NCBI GenBank assembly: GCA_963745835.1
Contig: CAVUZH010000024.1
Span: 96,001-160,000 of the forward strand
Direction: 5' to 3'
DNA: 64,000 nt
Origin: an uncultured delta proteobacterium
GTDB taxonomy: Bacteria > Desulfobacterota > Binatia > UBA9968
Shown here: piece by piece, positions 51,151-60,282 of the stretch
Numbering within the stretch: the stretch's first letter is position 1
Layout of the letters: every line of letters begins with the position of its first letter
Position numbers and translations under genes: made by a program
Notes under the pieces: model-generated
What the model saw: the letters and a program-made list of their open reading frames with translations, nothing else
What the model was told of the DNA's origin: nothing
Databases searched by the model: none

Positions 51151-51986
51151 CGACAATCCAGACACAGCTGTTGAGTTTTACAACGACGGACGAGGAAACT
51201 CTGCACGGACTCCTCTTCACGCCGGCGGATAAATCGTCCGATCTGGCATTGCTCTTCGTCCATGGGGTAGCGATGAATTTTTATCTGCCGCCTCTTGCTG
51301 TTTTCGGGCAGGCTATCGCCGAACGCGGCTATCACGGCTTTGTCATTAACACCCGCGGGCACGATTGGATAAACCGCGCAGGAGATTTGACCGCCTTCGG
51401 CGGTGCGACCTACGAAACTTTCGAAGACAGCGCAATGGATCTCGATGGCGCGTTGGAGTGCCTAAACCGGCAAGGCTACAAGCGCTTCATTCTGATTGGT
51501 CACAGCTTGGGTTGTATCAAGTCGCTCATGTATCAGGGCAGCCGGCGCCGTCGTGATGTTGTAGGCATCGTTTCTTGCTCTTGCCCTAAACAATTTTATT
51601 CAGCGCGAGCAATGGAGCAGCCCGAATTCAAGCAGTTGATGGCCCAAGCGGAAGAAATGGTGGCGCAAGGCAAAGGAGAAGAAATTCTTTGGGCTCCGGC
51701 GAGCGGAGCGATGGGAATGTTTTGCGCGCGCACGTACGTCAACAAGTACGGCAAACACGAAAACAACGACGTTCGGCCTCATGCCGGCCGTTTAGGCTGT
51801 CCTCATCTCGCTATCGCGGGTGGTGCGGAACATCCGTTTTTCCCGGAATACGCCAAAGAGCTTGCCGAGGCGAGCGGCGCAACTGGTACTTACAGGATCG
51901 TTTCAGGCTCAAATCACTTCTACGACAAACACGAACCCGAGGTAATCGAAATTATCACGCACTGGCTAGAACAGTTCAAAACTTGA
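51147..51986 (+). CDS. Alpha/beta hydrolase
   Basis: FVHG, nucleophile GHSLG, GSNHFY; overlaps the upstream stop (ATGA). Confidence 0.85.
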   Translation: MTTIQTQLLSFTTTDEETLHGLLFTPADKSSDLALLFVHGVAMNFYLPPLAVFGQAIAERGYHGFVINTRGHDWINRAGDLTAFGGATYETFEDSAMDLDGALECLNRQGYKRFILIGHSLGCIKSLMYQGSRRRRDVVGIVSCSCPKQFYSARAMEQPEFKQLMAQAEEMVAQGKGEEILWAPASGAMGMFCARTYVNKYGKHENNDVRPHAGRLGCPHLAIAGGAEHPFFPEYAKELAEASGATGTYRIVSGSNHFYDKHEPEVIEIITHWLEQFKT

Positions 51987-52235
51987 TACGGCTAGCACGG
52001 CATTTGACCGGTAATTGAAGCTGCCTACAGCCTCTCTTCCCGCAGTTTACTTCTAACAGAGACGACAATACAAAAATGAAATTTGCAAGCTCGTGGCTCG
52101 AGTGAATCATTTTTATAGCCGCCACCCCGCAAATCATCGAATCACCGCATAGGGCCCCCGTACCATTTGGGTAACATCAAGGATAAAGTTTCTAACGGGT
52201 TAAAGTTTCGCAATCTTTTGAAAGGAACAAGAGAA

Positions 52236-53270
52236 ATGAATTGTCGCTCCATCAGAGTCTGTGTGATTGTACTTTGTTTTGTCGGCTGGCCACTGTGGTG
52301 GCACATTCCCGCGCACAGCGCGGCCGCGCCCGTGAAAATCGTCATCGGCTACGCGACTGTCACGGCGCGCCTGATGCCGCTCTGGATTGCTCACGAGCAG
52401 GGAATCTTTGCCAAGTACGGCATCGATGCGCAACCGATTCTGATCCGCGGCGCGCCGACCCTGGTAGCCGGCCTGGCCTCGGGCGACATACACATCGGTC
52501 GCACCGGCGGCAGCGCTATGCTGGCCGCGGTCGCGGCGGGACACGATTTTAAATTCGTCGCCAGCTTCTCCAGCCGCAACACTTATGATCTGGTCGTCCG
52601 GCCCAACATCAAGAGAGCTGAAGATTTGCGCGGCAAACGTTTTGCGGTGACCAGCATCGGCGGCACCACATGGATGGGCATTCTCCTCTGGCTGGAACAC
52701 CTCGGCCTGGATCAGCAGCGCGATCAAATTCAGATGCAGGTGGTCGGCGATCAGGGAATCCAGGCGCAAGCGGTCGAGAATGGTCTCTGCGACGCGGCGG
52801 TTCTCGACGGCGCATTCAGCCGCAAACTCCAGCAAAAAGGCATGACGATCCTGCACGAATACACCGAGATGACCAAGCTTCTCGCCGGCCAATCGATGGT
52901 GGTCCCTGGCGCTCTGCTTAAGCAGAAAAGCGATCTCGCGGAGAATTACTTGAAAGCTGAAATCGAAGCGTTGGCCTATTCTCTCGCGCCAAAGAACAAA
53001 CCGGCAGTTATAAAATCATTGATGCGTCACCTGAGGACTGACGCCGCGGGCGCGGAAGATGGATATCTGGATTTAACCCGCGGTGTCGATCGCAAGCCGA
53101 TCCCTTCTGTGGAAGGGCTGCGCAACGTGCAGCGGCTTCTGAAAACACGCACCCCCAAGGTGGGCGATCTCAAAGTGGAGGATGTTATCGACGGCCGCAT
53201 CGCCCGGAGACTCGACGAAAGCGGCTTCATCGAACGTACCTTCGCCACCCACGGCGCGAGCTTGAAATAA
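52236..53270 (+). CDS. Orphan ABC substrate-binding protein (NMT1/SsuA/THI5-like)
   Basis: Signal peptide, PLWIAHEQGIFAKYG, EDLRGKRFAV, LDESGFI. Confidence 0.85.
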   Translation: MNCRSIRVCVIVLCFVGWPLWWHIPAHSAAAPVKIVIGYATVTARLMPLWIAHEQGIFAKYGIDAQPILIRGAPTLVAGLASGDIHIGRTGGSAMLAAVAAGHDFKFVASFSSRNTYDLVVRPNIKRAEDLRGKRFAVTSIGGTTWMGILLWLEHLGLDQQRDQIQMQVVGDQGIQAQAVENGLCDAAVLDGAFSRKLQQKGMTILHEYTEMTKLLAGQSMVVPGALLKQKSDLAENYLKAEIEALAYSLAPKNKPAVIKSLMRHLRTDAAGAEDGYLDLTRGVDRKPIPSVEGLRNVQRLLKTRTPKVGDLKVEDVIDGRIARRLDESGFIERTFATHGASLK

Positions 53271-53303
53271 ATCTACCAGCAAACATCTCACGAGGTAAAT
53301 TAA

Positions 53304-54338
53304 ATGAAACGACAAATCCGCTGCGCAAGTTTTCTTCTGCCGATGCTTCTAATGCCGCTCTTGATCGTATCAAGCGTTTATTCGCAAGACACTTTCTTCA
53401 AAGGCAAGACCATGCGCATCATCGTCGGCGGCCCTCCGGGCGGGGGTTTCGATACCTATGCGCGCATGATCGCCCGGCAAATGTCCAAGCACATTCCCGG
53501 TAACCCAACCATCATCGTCGATAATATGCCCGGCGCCGGCATGATGATCGCAGCCAATCACATCTACAAAGCAGCCAAGCCCGACGGCCTCACCATCGGC
53601 CATTTCACCGGCAGCCAGAGCATTAGCCAAATACTCGGGCAGCCCGGCGTCGAATTCGACATGCGCAAATTTACCTATCTCGGCGCACCCACCGCGGATC
53701 ATTTCTCCTGCGCTTTTACCAAGGCAAGCGGCATTGTCAGCACGGATAAATGGCTCGCCTTGCCGAAGCCGGCGAAGATGGGTGCGGTGGGACCTGGAAA
53801 CCTGACCGATAATACCTTGCGAGTTCTCAGCACTGCGACCAACTTTCCGATTCAGCTGGTCTCCGGATACAAGGGCACGGCGCCGGTGCGACTCGCGATG
53901 GAAGCCGGCGAGCTCGACGGCTCGTGCTGGGGATGGGATTCGATCAAGTCGACCTGGAGCCGAGCCATGGAAACGGGCGATGGCATCGTCGTGCTTCAAG
54001 CGGCCCCAAAAGCTCATCCCGACTTGCCCAAAGTTCCGCTGGCGATCAATTTCGGCAAGAACGAGGAAGGCAAACAGCTGATCGACGTGGTGATCCATGG
54101 CGGCAATATCGTCGAGCGCTCATTTATGCTTCCGCCGGGAGTGCCGAAGGATCGAATGGCCACCATAAAATCGGCATTCGATACGACCCTGCGAGATCCG
54201 GAGTTTCTCGCCGAAGCAAAGAAAGCCAGACTCGGGGTGGCGCCGATATCCGGCGATGAACTGACCCGGAGGGTGAACGCGTTCTTCAATCTGCCTGAAG
54301 ATATGAAGAGGAAGATCAAAAGAGTGCTGTACGAGTGA
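53304..54338 (+). CDS. TctC/Bug family binding protein, paralog of 50089-51150
   Basis: FFKGKT..PPGGGFDTYAR, NMPGAG, AKPDGLTI, GYKGTAP, DPEFLAEAKK. Confidence 0.88.
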   Translation: MKRQIRCASFLLPMLLMPLLIVSSVYSQDTFFKGKTMRIIVGGPPGGGFDTYARMIARQMSKHIPGNPTIIVDNMPGAGMMIAANHIYKAAKPDGLTIGHFTGSQSISQILGQPGVEFDMRKFTYLGAPTADHFSCAFTKASGIVSTDKWLALPKPAKMGAVGPGNLTDNTLRVLSTATNFPIQLVSGYKGTAPVRLAMEAGELDGSCWGWDSIKSTWSRAMETGDGIVVLQAAPKAHPDLPKVPLAINFGKNEEGKQLIDVVIHGGNIVERSFMLPPGVPKDRMATIKSAFDTTLRDPEFLAEAKKARLGVAPISGDELTRRVNAFFNLPEDMKRKIKRVLYE

Positions 54339-54460
54339 TCAGTCGGAGGAAATAAGGTTCGATGGGATGAGAGCTTAGTTGGAGTATCGCTAAACCGGGG
54401 CTTCTTCGGTCTAAGAAGACGTGGTCGCAAATTCAGAGCGCCTCTTCGAAATTTACAAAC

Positions 54461-55168
54461 GTGAGATTCGATACCGTCATTTTCGACTTGTTTGGCACCT
54501 TGGTAACCCATTTCATGTCGTCGGTCGGCCAAATGCATAAGGAAATGGCCGACGTCCTGACGGTGCCTTACGAACAGTTCAACCCGCTCTGGAATCAGAC
54601 CACGGAAATGCGAGTCGTCGGCGATTTTGCATCCGTCGAGGCCAGCATTGAATACGTCTTGAACGAAATGAATGTAGATGCGCAAGCTGCGCAAATTGAA
54701 CAAGCCGTCGCAATCCGGATGGCCTACATCAAAAAGGCGCTGCGACCGAAGGCTCACGCCATAAGCACACTAAACCAGCTTAAGCGCCAGCGCTACAAAA
54801 CCGGACTGCTCAGCAATTGCTCAGTGGAGATTCCGCTGCTCTGGCCCGAAACCGATTTCGCCGGCGCAATCGATATGCCTATTTTCTCCTGCCTCGCTCG
54901 TTTGAAAAAACCGGATGAGAGGATCTATCATCTGGCATGCGAACAACTCGGCAGCAAAGCTGAATCCTGCCTCTATATTGCCGATGGAGAGGAGTATGAA
55001 TTGGCAGCCGCGGCTAAAATAGGTTTACAGCCGGTGCTGATCCGATCATCCTCAGAAGAGTCCCTGAGTGAGTTGCATAGGGAGGCGAGAGAATGGCGCG
55101 GGCTGGCTATCACCACTCTCCCAGAAGTATTGGCTCTCGCGGGTATTGAAAATTCGCAGTATGATTAG
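54461..55168 (+). CDS. HAD superfamily hydrolase
   Basis: FDLFGTL, LLSN, KKPDERIY, YIADG. Confidence 0.87.
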   Translation: MRFDTVIFDLFGTLVTHFMSSVGQMHKEMADVLTVPYEQFNPLWNQTTEMRVVGDFASVEASIEYVLNEMNVDAQAAQIEQAVAIRMAYIKKALRPKAHAISTLNQLKRQRYKTGLLSNCSVEIPLLWPETDFAGAIDMPIFSCLARLKKPDERIYHLACEQLGSKAESCLYIADGEEYELAAAAKIGLQPVLIRSSSEESLSELHREAREWRGLAITTLPEVLALAGIENSQYD

Positions 55169-55284
55169 GCAGCCGATGCTGCGCTTTTCGTTTTTCGACT
55201 CACCGCCTGCCTTGGAGCGATCCGAAGTTTCTGCGCTTGTCGCTGACATGCCTGGAATCAAAGGACTAGGGTAGCACTGAGCTT

Positions 55285-55989
55285 CTAACTGAGAAAGAAC
55301 GTAAGGCCCAGCATAAACAAACTGCTGTTGATACCGGCATTTTTGCCGTGAATACCCGCGTTGGAAATATGATGAAAGCGCCACTCTCCGGTCAATGCGG
55401 TGCGTTGGCTTATGAAGTAGTGAAGACCTACGCCTGATTGCACGATGAAATTCAAACCATCGGCTTGCCGAGCCAGATCGGCGTCCAAAGCGATGAAGCC
55501 GACACCGGCATGGAAGAACGGAATAAACCGAGTGCCGGTCAAGAAATTATAGCGCAGCCCCGGTGCGATACCTCCGGCGATTCCAGGGTTGGGTTCGAAC
55601 ATGTAGAGGAAGGTCCCTTCGAGTATTAATTCGAAGTTCCCCCGGTACCAACTGCGTCCTCCCAACGGATCCGAAATGCCGATGCCCCAGCGCGGAGTGG
55701 CATAGACGAATTGAATATCTTCCAACACGGGGGCGTGACTACCGCCAACCGGCAGTGCATATCCATAGCCGCCACTGATCCCCAACGATTGCTTACCATA
55801 CCCGAACGCCGACTCGTATGTGCGCGGCTGGTCTGCGGCATCCGCGGCCACAGCTTCGCCATTTTTCAGCGCAAATCCCGAGAGAGTAATCGATGCAACG
55901 ATTAGAAGGATGACGTGTCGAAGGAAGCTTGAATAAGTGTTTGGTCGTCGGTCGAAGATGCGGTTTTGATACCACGAGTCGTTGATCAC
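55285..55989 (-). CDS. Acyloxyacyl hydrolase / PagL-like lipid A 3-O-deacylase outer-membrane barrel
   Basis: Amphipathic beta strands, LRYNF, PFFHAGVG, catalytic HHISNAG..NAGINS; start uncertain. Confidence 0.8.
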   Translation of the reverse strand: MINDSWYQNRIFDRRPNTYSSFLRHVILLIVASITLSGFALKNGEAVAADAADQPRTYESAFGYGKQSLGISGGYGYALPVGGSHAPVLEDIQFVYATPRWGIGISDPLGGRSWYRGNFELILEGTFLYMFEPNPGIAGGIAPGLRYNFLTGTRFIPFFHAGVGFIALDADLARQADGLNFIVQSGVGLHYFISQRTALTGEWRFHHISNAGIHGKNAGINSSLFMLGLTFFLS

Positions 55990-56299
55990 TTAGGAACCTC
56001 CAGATGTCGGCCCGCGCTACCAGATACTGTGACTTGATAGATCGTTCAGAGATCATTCCAACTCTCGAGCACCCGGCTCGGCCAGGGCACAAAAATGCTC
56101 ATCCCTTCATCTATGCAAGGAAATGGCTCTTACTACAAGTCCACCATCGAATAACGTTTCGAGACGTTTTTTGCGCCTGCCAAGCATGATCGAAAAGCGT
56201 GAAATGTCTGAAGCCACGCAGCAACAGGTGCACTGACCGTTGAACGAGAAACTCGTGAACCGCAGTTTGTGCAGAGATTAGCGAAACCCCAAATCTCGA

Positions 56300-57178
56300 T
56301 CATTTCCACAACGTCAGCAGCAACACGCCGCCGACAATCATGGCGGCGCTGATGACGATTCGAAGAGTGACACGCTCGACATCGCGTAAAAAGAGCGCGC
56401 TAAAGATCAGTGAAAAGAACGGGCCGGTGCTGCTTATCGGAATCACCACAGAAACTTTACCCAAATCCAAGGCATAGTAGATGCAGACCATGCCAAGGCT
56501 GATGGTAATCCCAGCCGCAAAAAACCACCAGAAGCATTTCCGGTTCATTTTCCAGGTTTCTTGACTCTTCTCCACATACCAGAGCGTCAACAGCGACACC
56601 ACGAAGGAAGAAGTTGCGGTAACCGCCGCGGCTAGAAACGGATGGGGAACGGCTGCCAAACCAAATTTGCGCACCACCTGAGAGGCGCCCGCGAGTGCCG
56701 AGGCGCCGATGGGATACCATAAAAAGATGGCGGAGCCCGCGAGTTTCACTGAACCGCTGCGCCAGGATAATAAGGTGATGCCAGCGATAATCATCAAGGT
56801 GGCGACAACGATTGGCAAAGTGATTTGCTCGCCGAGAAAGATAATCGCCATCATCGCGCTGAACAGCGGGGTGGTGGCGCGGATGGGATCGGTGATCGCC
56901 ATCCCCAGCGCATCGATGCCTTTGTAGGTTAACAATCGGGTCAATCCCGGTTGGAAAAATCCGACCACGACAAAAATCAAAATTGACGCGCTAGTTAAAG
57001 ACGACAGCGGCACGAACAAGATCGACACGCTCCAGAGAAATACAATGTTAATCAACAGGCTACTGATCACGCCGGTGGCAGGATTGGAGTAGCGCATCGC
57101 CTTTTTGGTGAGCATGTTATGGAATGCGAATAGAAAAGCGTTCGCCAGGGCGTAGAATTCAGCGGGGATGGCAGCCAT
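56300..57178 (-). CDS. DMT/EamA family transporter
   Basis: About 10 hydrophobic segments in two repeats; TTPLF..FLGEQ; ALDLGKVSVVIP..FLRDVERVT. Confidence 0.88.
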   Translation of the reverse strand: MAAIPAEFYALANAFLFAFHNMLTKKAMRYSNPATGVISSLLINIVFLWSVSILFVPLSSLTSASILIFVVVGFFQPGLTRLLTYKGIDALGMAITDPIRATTPLFSAMMAIIFLGEQITLPIVVATLMIIAGITLLSWRSGSVKLAGSAIFLWYPIGASALAGASQVVRKFGLAAVPHPFLAAAVTATSSFVVSLLTLWYVEKSQETWKMNRKCFWWFFAAGITISLGMVCIYYALDLGKVSVVIPISSTGPFFSLIFSALFLRDVERVTLRIVISAAMIVGGVLLLTLWK

Positions 57179-57421
57179 GTTGCGTGAATTATTATTTGGG
57201 GGAAATATGCCGGGATTGTAGACGTTCGTGATCTGCTGCTTTCGACGTGCACCTGAGCTATACAGTCTTTAATATCAGAGGACAAATAATCGTGCCATCA
57301 AAGGGTTATTATCTAGACGCTCAGCGCTCCAGAAATTGATTCTTTGATTCCCCTTCCTGCAAACAGGAAAAAAATTAGATTAGAGAACATCGAACGAGTT
57401 GAGAGCTTTAATGGCCGTCTC

Positions 57422-60202
57422 ATGAAAAGAACCTTCTTGCTTTCTTTACTGCTCGCTCTGCTCTTACTTAGCACCTATGCCTCGATCAGACAGGCTCAGG
57501 TCGGTAGCTGCCTCGCCTATGCGTTTGGCGGCTTGCGCGAAGTCGCGCAGGAACGCTCGACGCGCTTTCTCGGAAAAGTTCACGAGGACAGCGCACGCTG
57601 CCGCGGCGGCGAGTCAGCGGTAGCTTGGCGCAACACACCGTGGATCGACTGGCAACGCTACTCGGCCGCGGCGGGCCCTGAAAGTCGGACCCGCGGTTGG
57701 GCCGGCAACCTCGGTTTTTTTAGTCCGGACAACCGCGGCCTTAACGGCGCGCTGCTCGATCTCGAGTACCAGCGTCTTGAATTGCTCAAGTTTAATCTGT
57801 TCGACAACAGCGGCACTTTCCCGACTTATATGCGCGACTGGCACAGCCCATCGGATGTCACAAAGACCTGGCCCGAATTGCGGCTGCCGAAGGACCATCC
57901 GCTCTACAAAGAGGTCGGCGGCGATGGTCCTCAACTCTGTTCCGGTGAATTAATACGCTTTCGCACGATCAGCGGGATTTGCAACGACATCACCAATCCG
58001 CTGATGGGCTCTACCGGCCAGCCGTTTGCGCGCAACGTTGAATTCGAGAGCACGTTTCCGGAGCTGGCTATGGACCCGGTTGCCGCAAATCGCCACGGCG
58101 GTCGAATCGGTTTGTTAAAGCCCGACCCGCAGCTCATTAGCCAAAAATTATTCAGCCGCCCATTAGTAGGAACATGCGATGGTTACGAGCTAGGAAATTC
58201 GACTGTAGCGAGTTGTGCCTATCAAAAAGCGTCACACTTAAATTTGCTCGCAGGATTCTGGATCCAGTTCGTGACCCACGATTGGTTTTCTCATCTAGAC
58301 GAAGGACAAAACCAATCGGCAATGATGGCGATGGGCTGCGATGATCACGAAGGAGCAAACGATCGAAGTAGGTTGGCGGCCGCGCGAGCCGAACCAGCCG
58401 GCTGCCGCCCCACCGATCGCATCGATAAAAGCTTGATCGCTCAGGACCTGCCGGCGCCGACCTTCAAGCTTGGCAAAAACTCCTACATGACGCGTGCGCA
58501 CAGAACCACGGTCAACAAAGTCACCGCGTGGTGGGATGCTTCGCAAATTTACGGATATGACGAGACATCGCGCCGGCGGGTAAAGCGCGATCCGCGCGAT
58601 CCGGCCAAGCTATTGCTGGAGCCGGGAATAACGGCTAGGGAAAACACGCCGGTTTATTTGCCGAGGTTGAACTCTGCCGATCCCACGAATCCACAGTGGA
58701 TCGGCCAGGAAGCTGTCGCCTTCCCCGACAACTGGAACATCGGTCTGAGTTTTTTCCACAATGTATTCGCGCGCGAGCACAATCTTTTCGTCGACGCCTT
58801 TCGCCTGGAAATGAGAAAAAACCCGGATGCCGATTCCGGATTACGACGACCGGTACAGCCCGACAAACTGATCAGTAACAAGGAGGTCACAGCCGACGAG
58901 CTCTTCGAAGTGGCGCGTCTAGTGATTGCAGCCGAGATTGCGAAGATCCACACCATCGAGTGGACCACCCAGCTGCTTTACAACAAGCCGGTCTACCTCG
59001 CTATGAATGCCAATTGGTCGGGTCTGTTTGACGAGCACCCTTTGGTCAATGCCGCTCTCGAGCGGGTAATCCAGCGGTTTACTCAATCCGATAATGGCAG
59101 AAAAGCCACTGGATGGTATGCCGCTTTCGCCGCCGGACCGGGGATCGTCGGTCTCGGCAATACGCAAGCCGACGTTAGTGCCGGGGTCAACCACTTCGGT
59201 TCGCCTTTCAGTTTTCCTGAGGAGTTCATCAACGCCTACCGCTTGCATCCGATGCTTCCCGACTTCATCGAACTCCGCGAGCTGAACCACCGAAACGTTA
59301 TCAAGTCGAAGATTGCAGTTTCCGAAACTCTGCGCGGCAAGGCGACTCAAGCGATGCATCAGCACGGGCCGGCCAACTGGGCGCTCTCATTGGGCCGGCA
59401 GCGACTCGGCAAGCTGACATTGCGTAACCATCCGAAGTTTTTACAAAGCCTATCCATGCCTCGCCTAAAAGGTGGCAGCGGTAAAATAGATGTCGCCGCT
59501 TTGGATCTGATCCGCGACCGGGAACGCGGCATACCACGTTATAATGAATATCGACGCCAGTACGGTCTCAAACAGCTGACCAAGTTTGATGATTTCATCG
59601 ACCCGCAGGTTTCAAAGAACTCGGCCGAATGGACAGAGCAGCAAAAGCTCGTGGAGCTACTCCGGGAAGTTTATGGACAACATCGATGTGCTTCGTCGAA
59701 GATCATCACGACCGCGCAGAAAAATGACGACGGCAGCCAAATCAACGACTGCCTTGGCCATCCCAACGGCAGCCTCGTGGATAACATCGAGGACGTCGAC
59801 GCTATGGTAGGATGGCTCGCTGAATTCGCGCGCCCTCACGGTTTTGCCATCTCGGAAACACAATTCCAGGTTTTCATTCTTAACGCATCCCGGCGGCTTT
59901 TTAGCGATCGCTTTTTAACATCGAGTTTTCGACCGGCGTTTTACACCAACCTAGGCTATAACTGGGTAAACAATAACGGTCCTGGCGCAAAAATCTTCGA
60001 ACCGAAGAAAGCCAACGGACATACGGTCGAAGTGTCGCCATTAAAGCGCGTGCTTCAAAGAACGGTTCCAGAATTGCGCGAAGAACTCGAACAGGTCGTA
60101 AATGTTTTCGATCCCTGGACCCGGGACCGCGGCGAATACTACTCGCTCGCTTGGAAGCCGCGGCGCGGCGCAGAAGCGGACTTATCCTTCAAAAGCAATT
60201 AG
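57422..60202 (+). CDS. Secreted peroxidase-cyclooxygenase superfamily heme protein, fatty acid alpha-dioxygenase-like
   Basis: Signal MKRTFLLSLLLALLLL; FRTISGICN, WIQFVTHDW, WWDASQIYG, AKIHTIEWT, EEFINAYRLHPMLPD, DRERGIPRYNEYRR, GFAISETQFQVFILNASRRLFSDRF. Confidence 0.88.
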   Translation: MKRTFLLSLLLALLLLSTYASIRQAQVGSCLAYAFGGLREVAQERSTRFLGKVHEDSARCRGGESAVAWRNTPWIDWQRYSAAAGPESRTRGWAGNLGFFSPDNRGLNGALLDLEYQRLELLKFNLFDNSGTFPTYMRDWHSPSDVTKTWPELRLPKDHPLYKEVGGDGPQLCSGELIRFRTISGICNDITNPLMGSTGQPFARNVEFESTFPELAMDPVAANRHGGRIGLLKPDPQLISQKLFSRPLVGTCDGYELGNSTVASCAYQKASHLNLLAGFWIQFVTHDWFSHLDEGQNQSAMMAMGCDDHEGANDRSRLAAARAEPAGCRPTDRIDKSLIAQDLPAPTFKLGKNSYMTRAHRTTVNKVTAWWDASQIYGYDETSRRRVKRDPRDPAKLLLEPGITARENTPVYLPRLNSADPTNPQWIGQEAVAFPDNWNIGLSFFHNVFAREHNLFVDAFRLEMRKNPDADSGLRRPVQPDKLISNKEVTADELFEVARLVIAAEIAKIHTIEWTTQLLYNKPVYLAMNANWSGLFDEHPLVNAALERVIQRFTQSDNGRKATGWYAAFAAGPGIVGLGNTQADVSAGVNHFGSPFSFPEEFINAYRLHPMLPDFIELRELNHRNVIKSKIAVSETLRGKATQAMHQHGPANWALSLGRQRLGKLTLRNHPKFLQSLSMPRLKGGSGKIDVAALDLIRDRERGIPRYNEYRRQYGLKQLTKFDDFIDPQVSKNSAEWTEQQKLVELLREVYGQHRCASSKIITTAQKNDDGSQINDCLGHPNGSLVDNIEDVDAMVGWLAEFARPHGFAISETQFQVFILNASRRLFSDRFLTSSFRPAFYTNLGYNWVNNNGPGAKIFEPKKANGHTVEVSPLKRVLQRTVPELREELEQVVNVFDPWTRDRGEYYSLAWKPRRGAEADLSFKSN

Positions 60203-60282
60203 GCAAACTCGCGAGACGAGGAGCCGGCTCGGGGTTCTACTCCGCCGGAAATCGAGCCGCAATAACCAGATCTGATAAGTAG

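Noticed and set aside
54378-54420. GGAGTATCGCTAAACCG, resembling a fluoride riboswitch upstream of a HAD gene
   Set aside because: Lacks the 5' GGCGATG and the 3' CTGATGACTCC pseudoknot partner.
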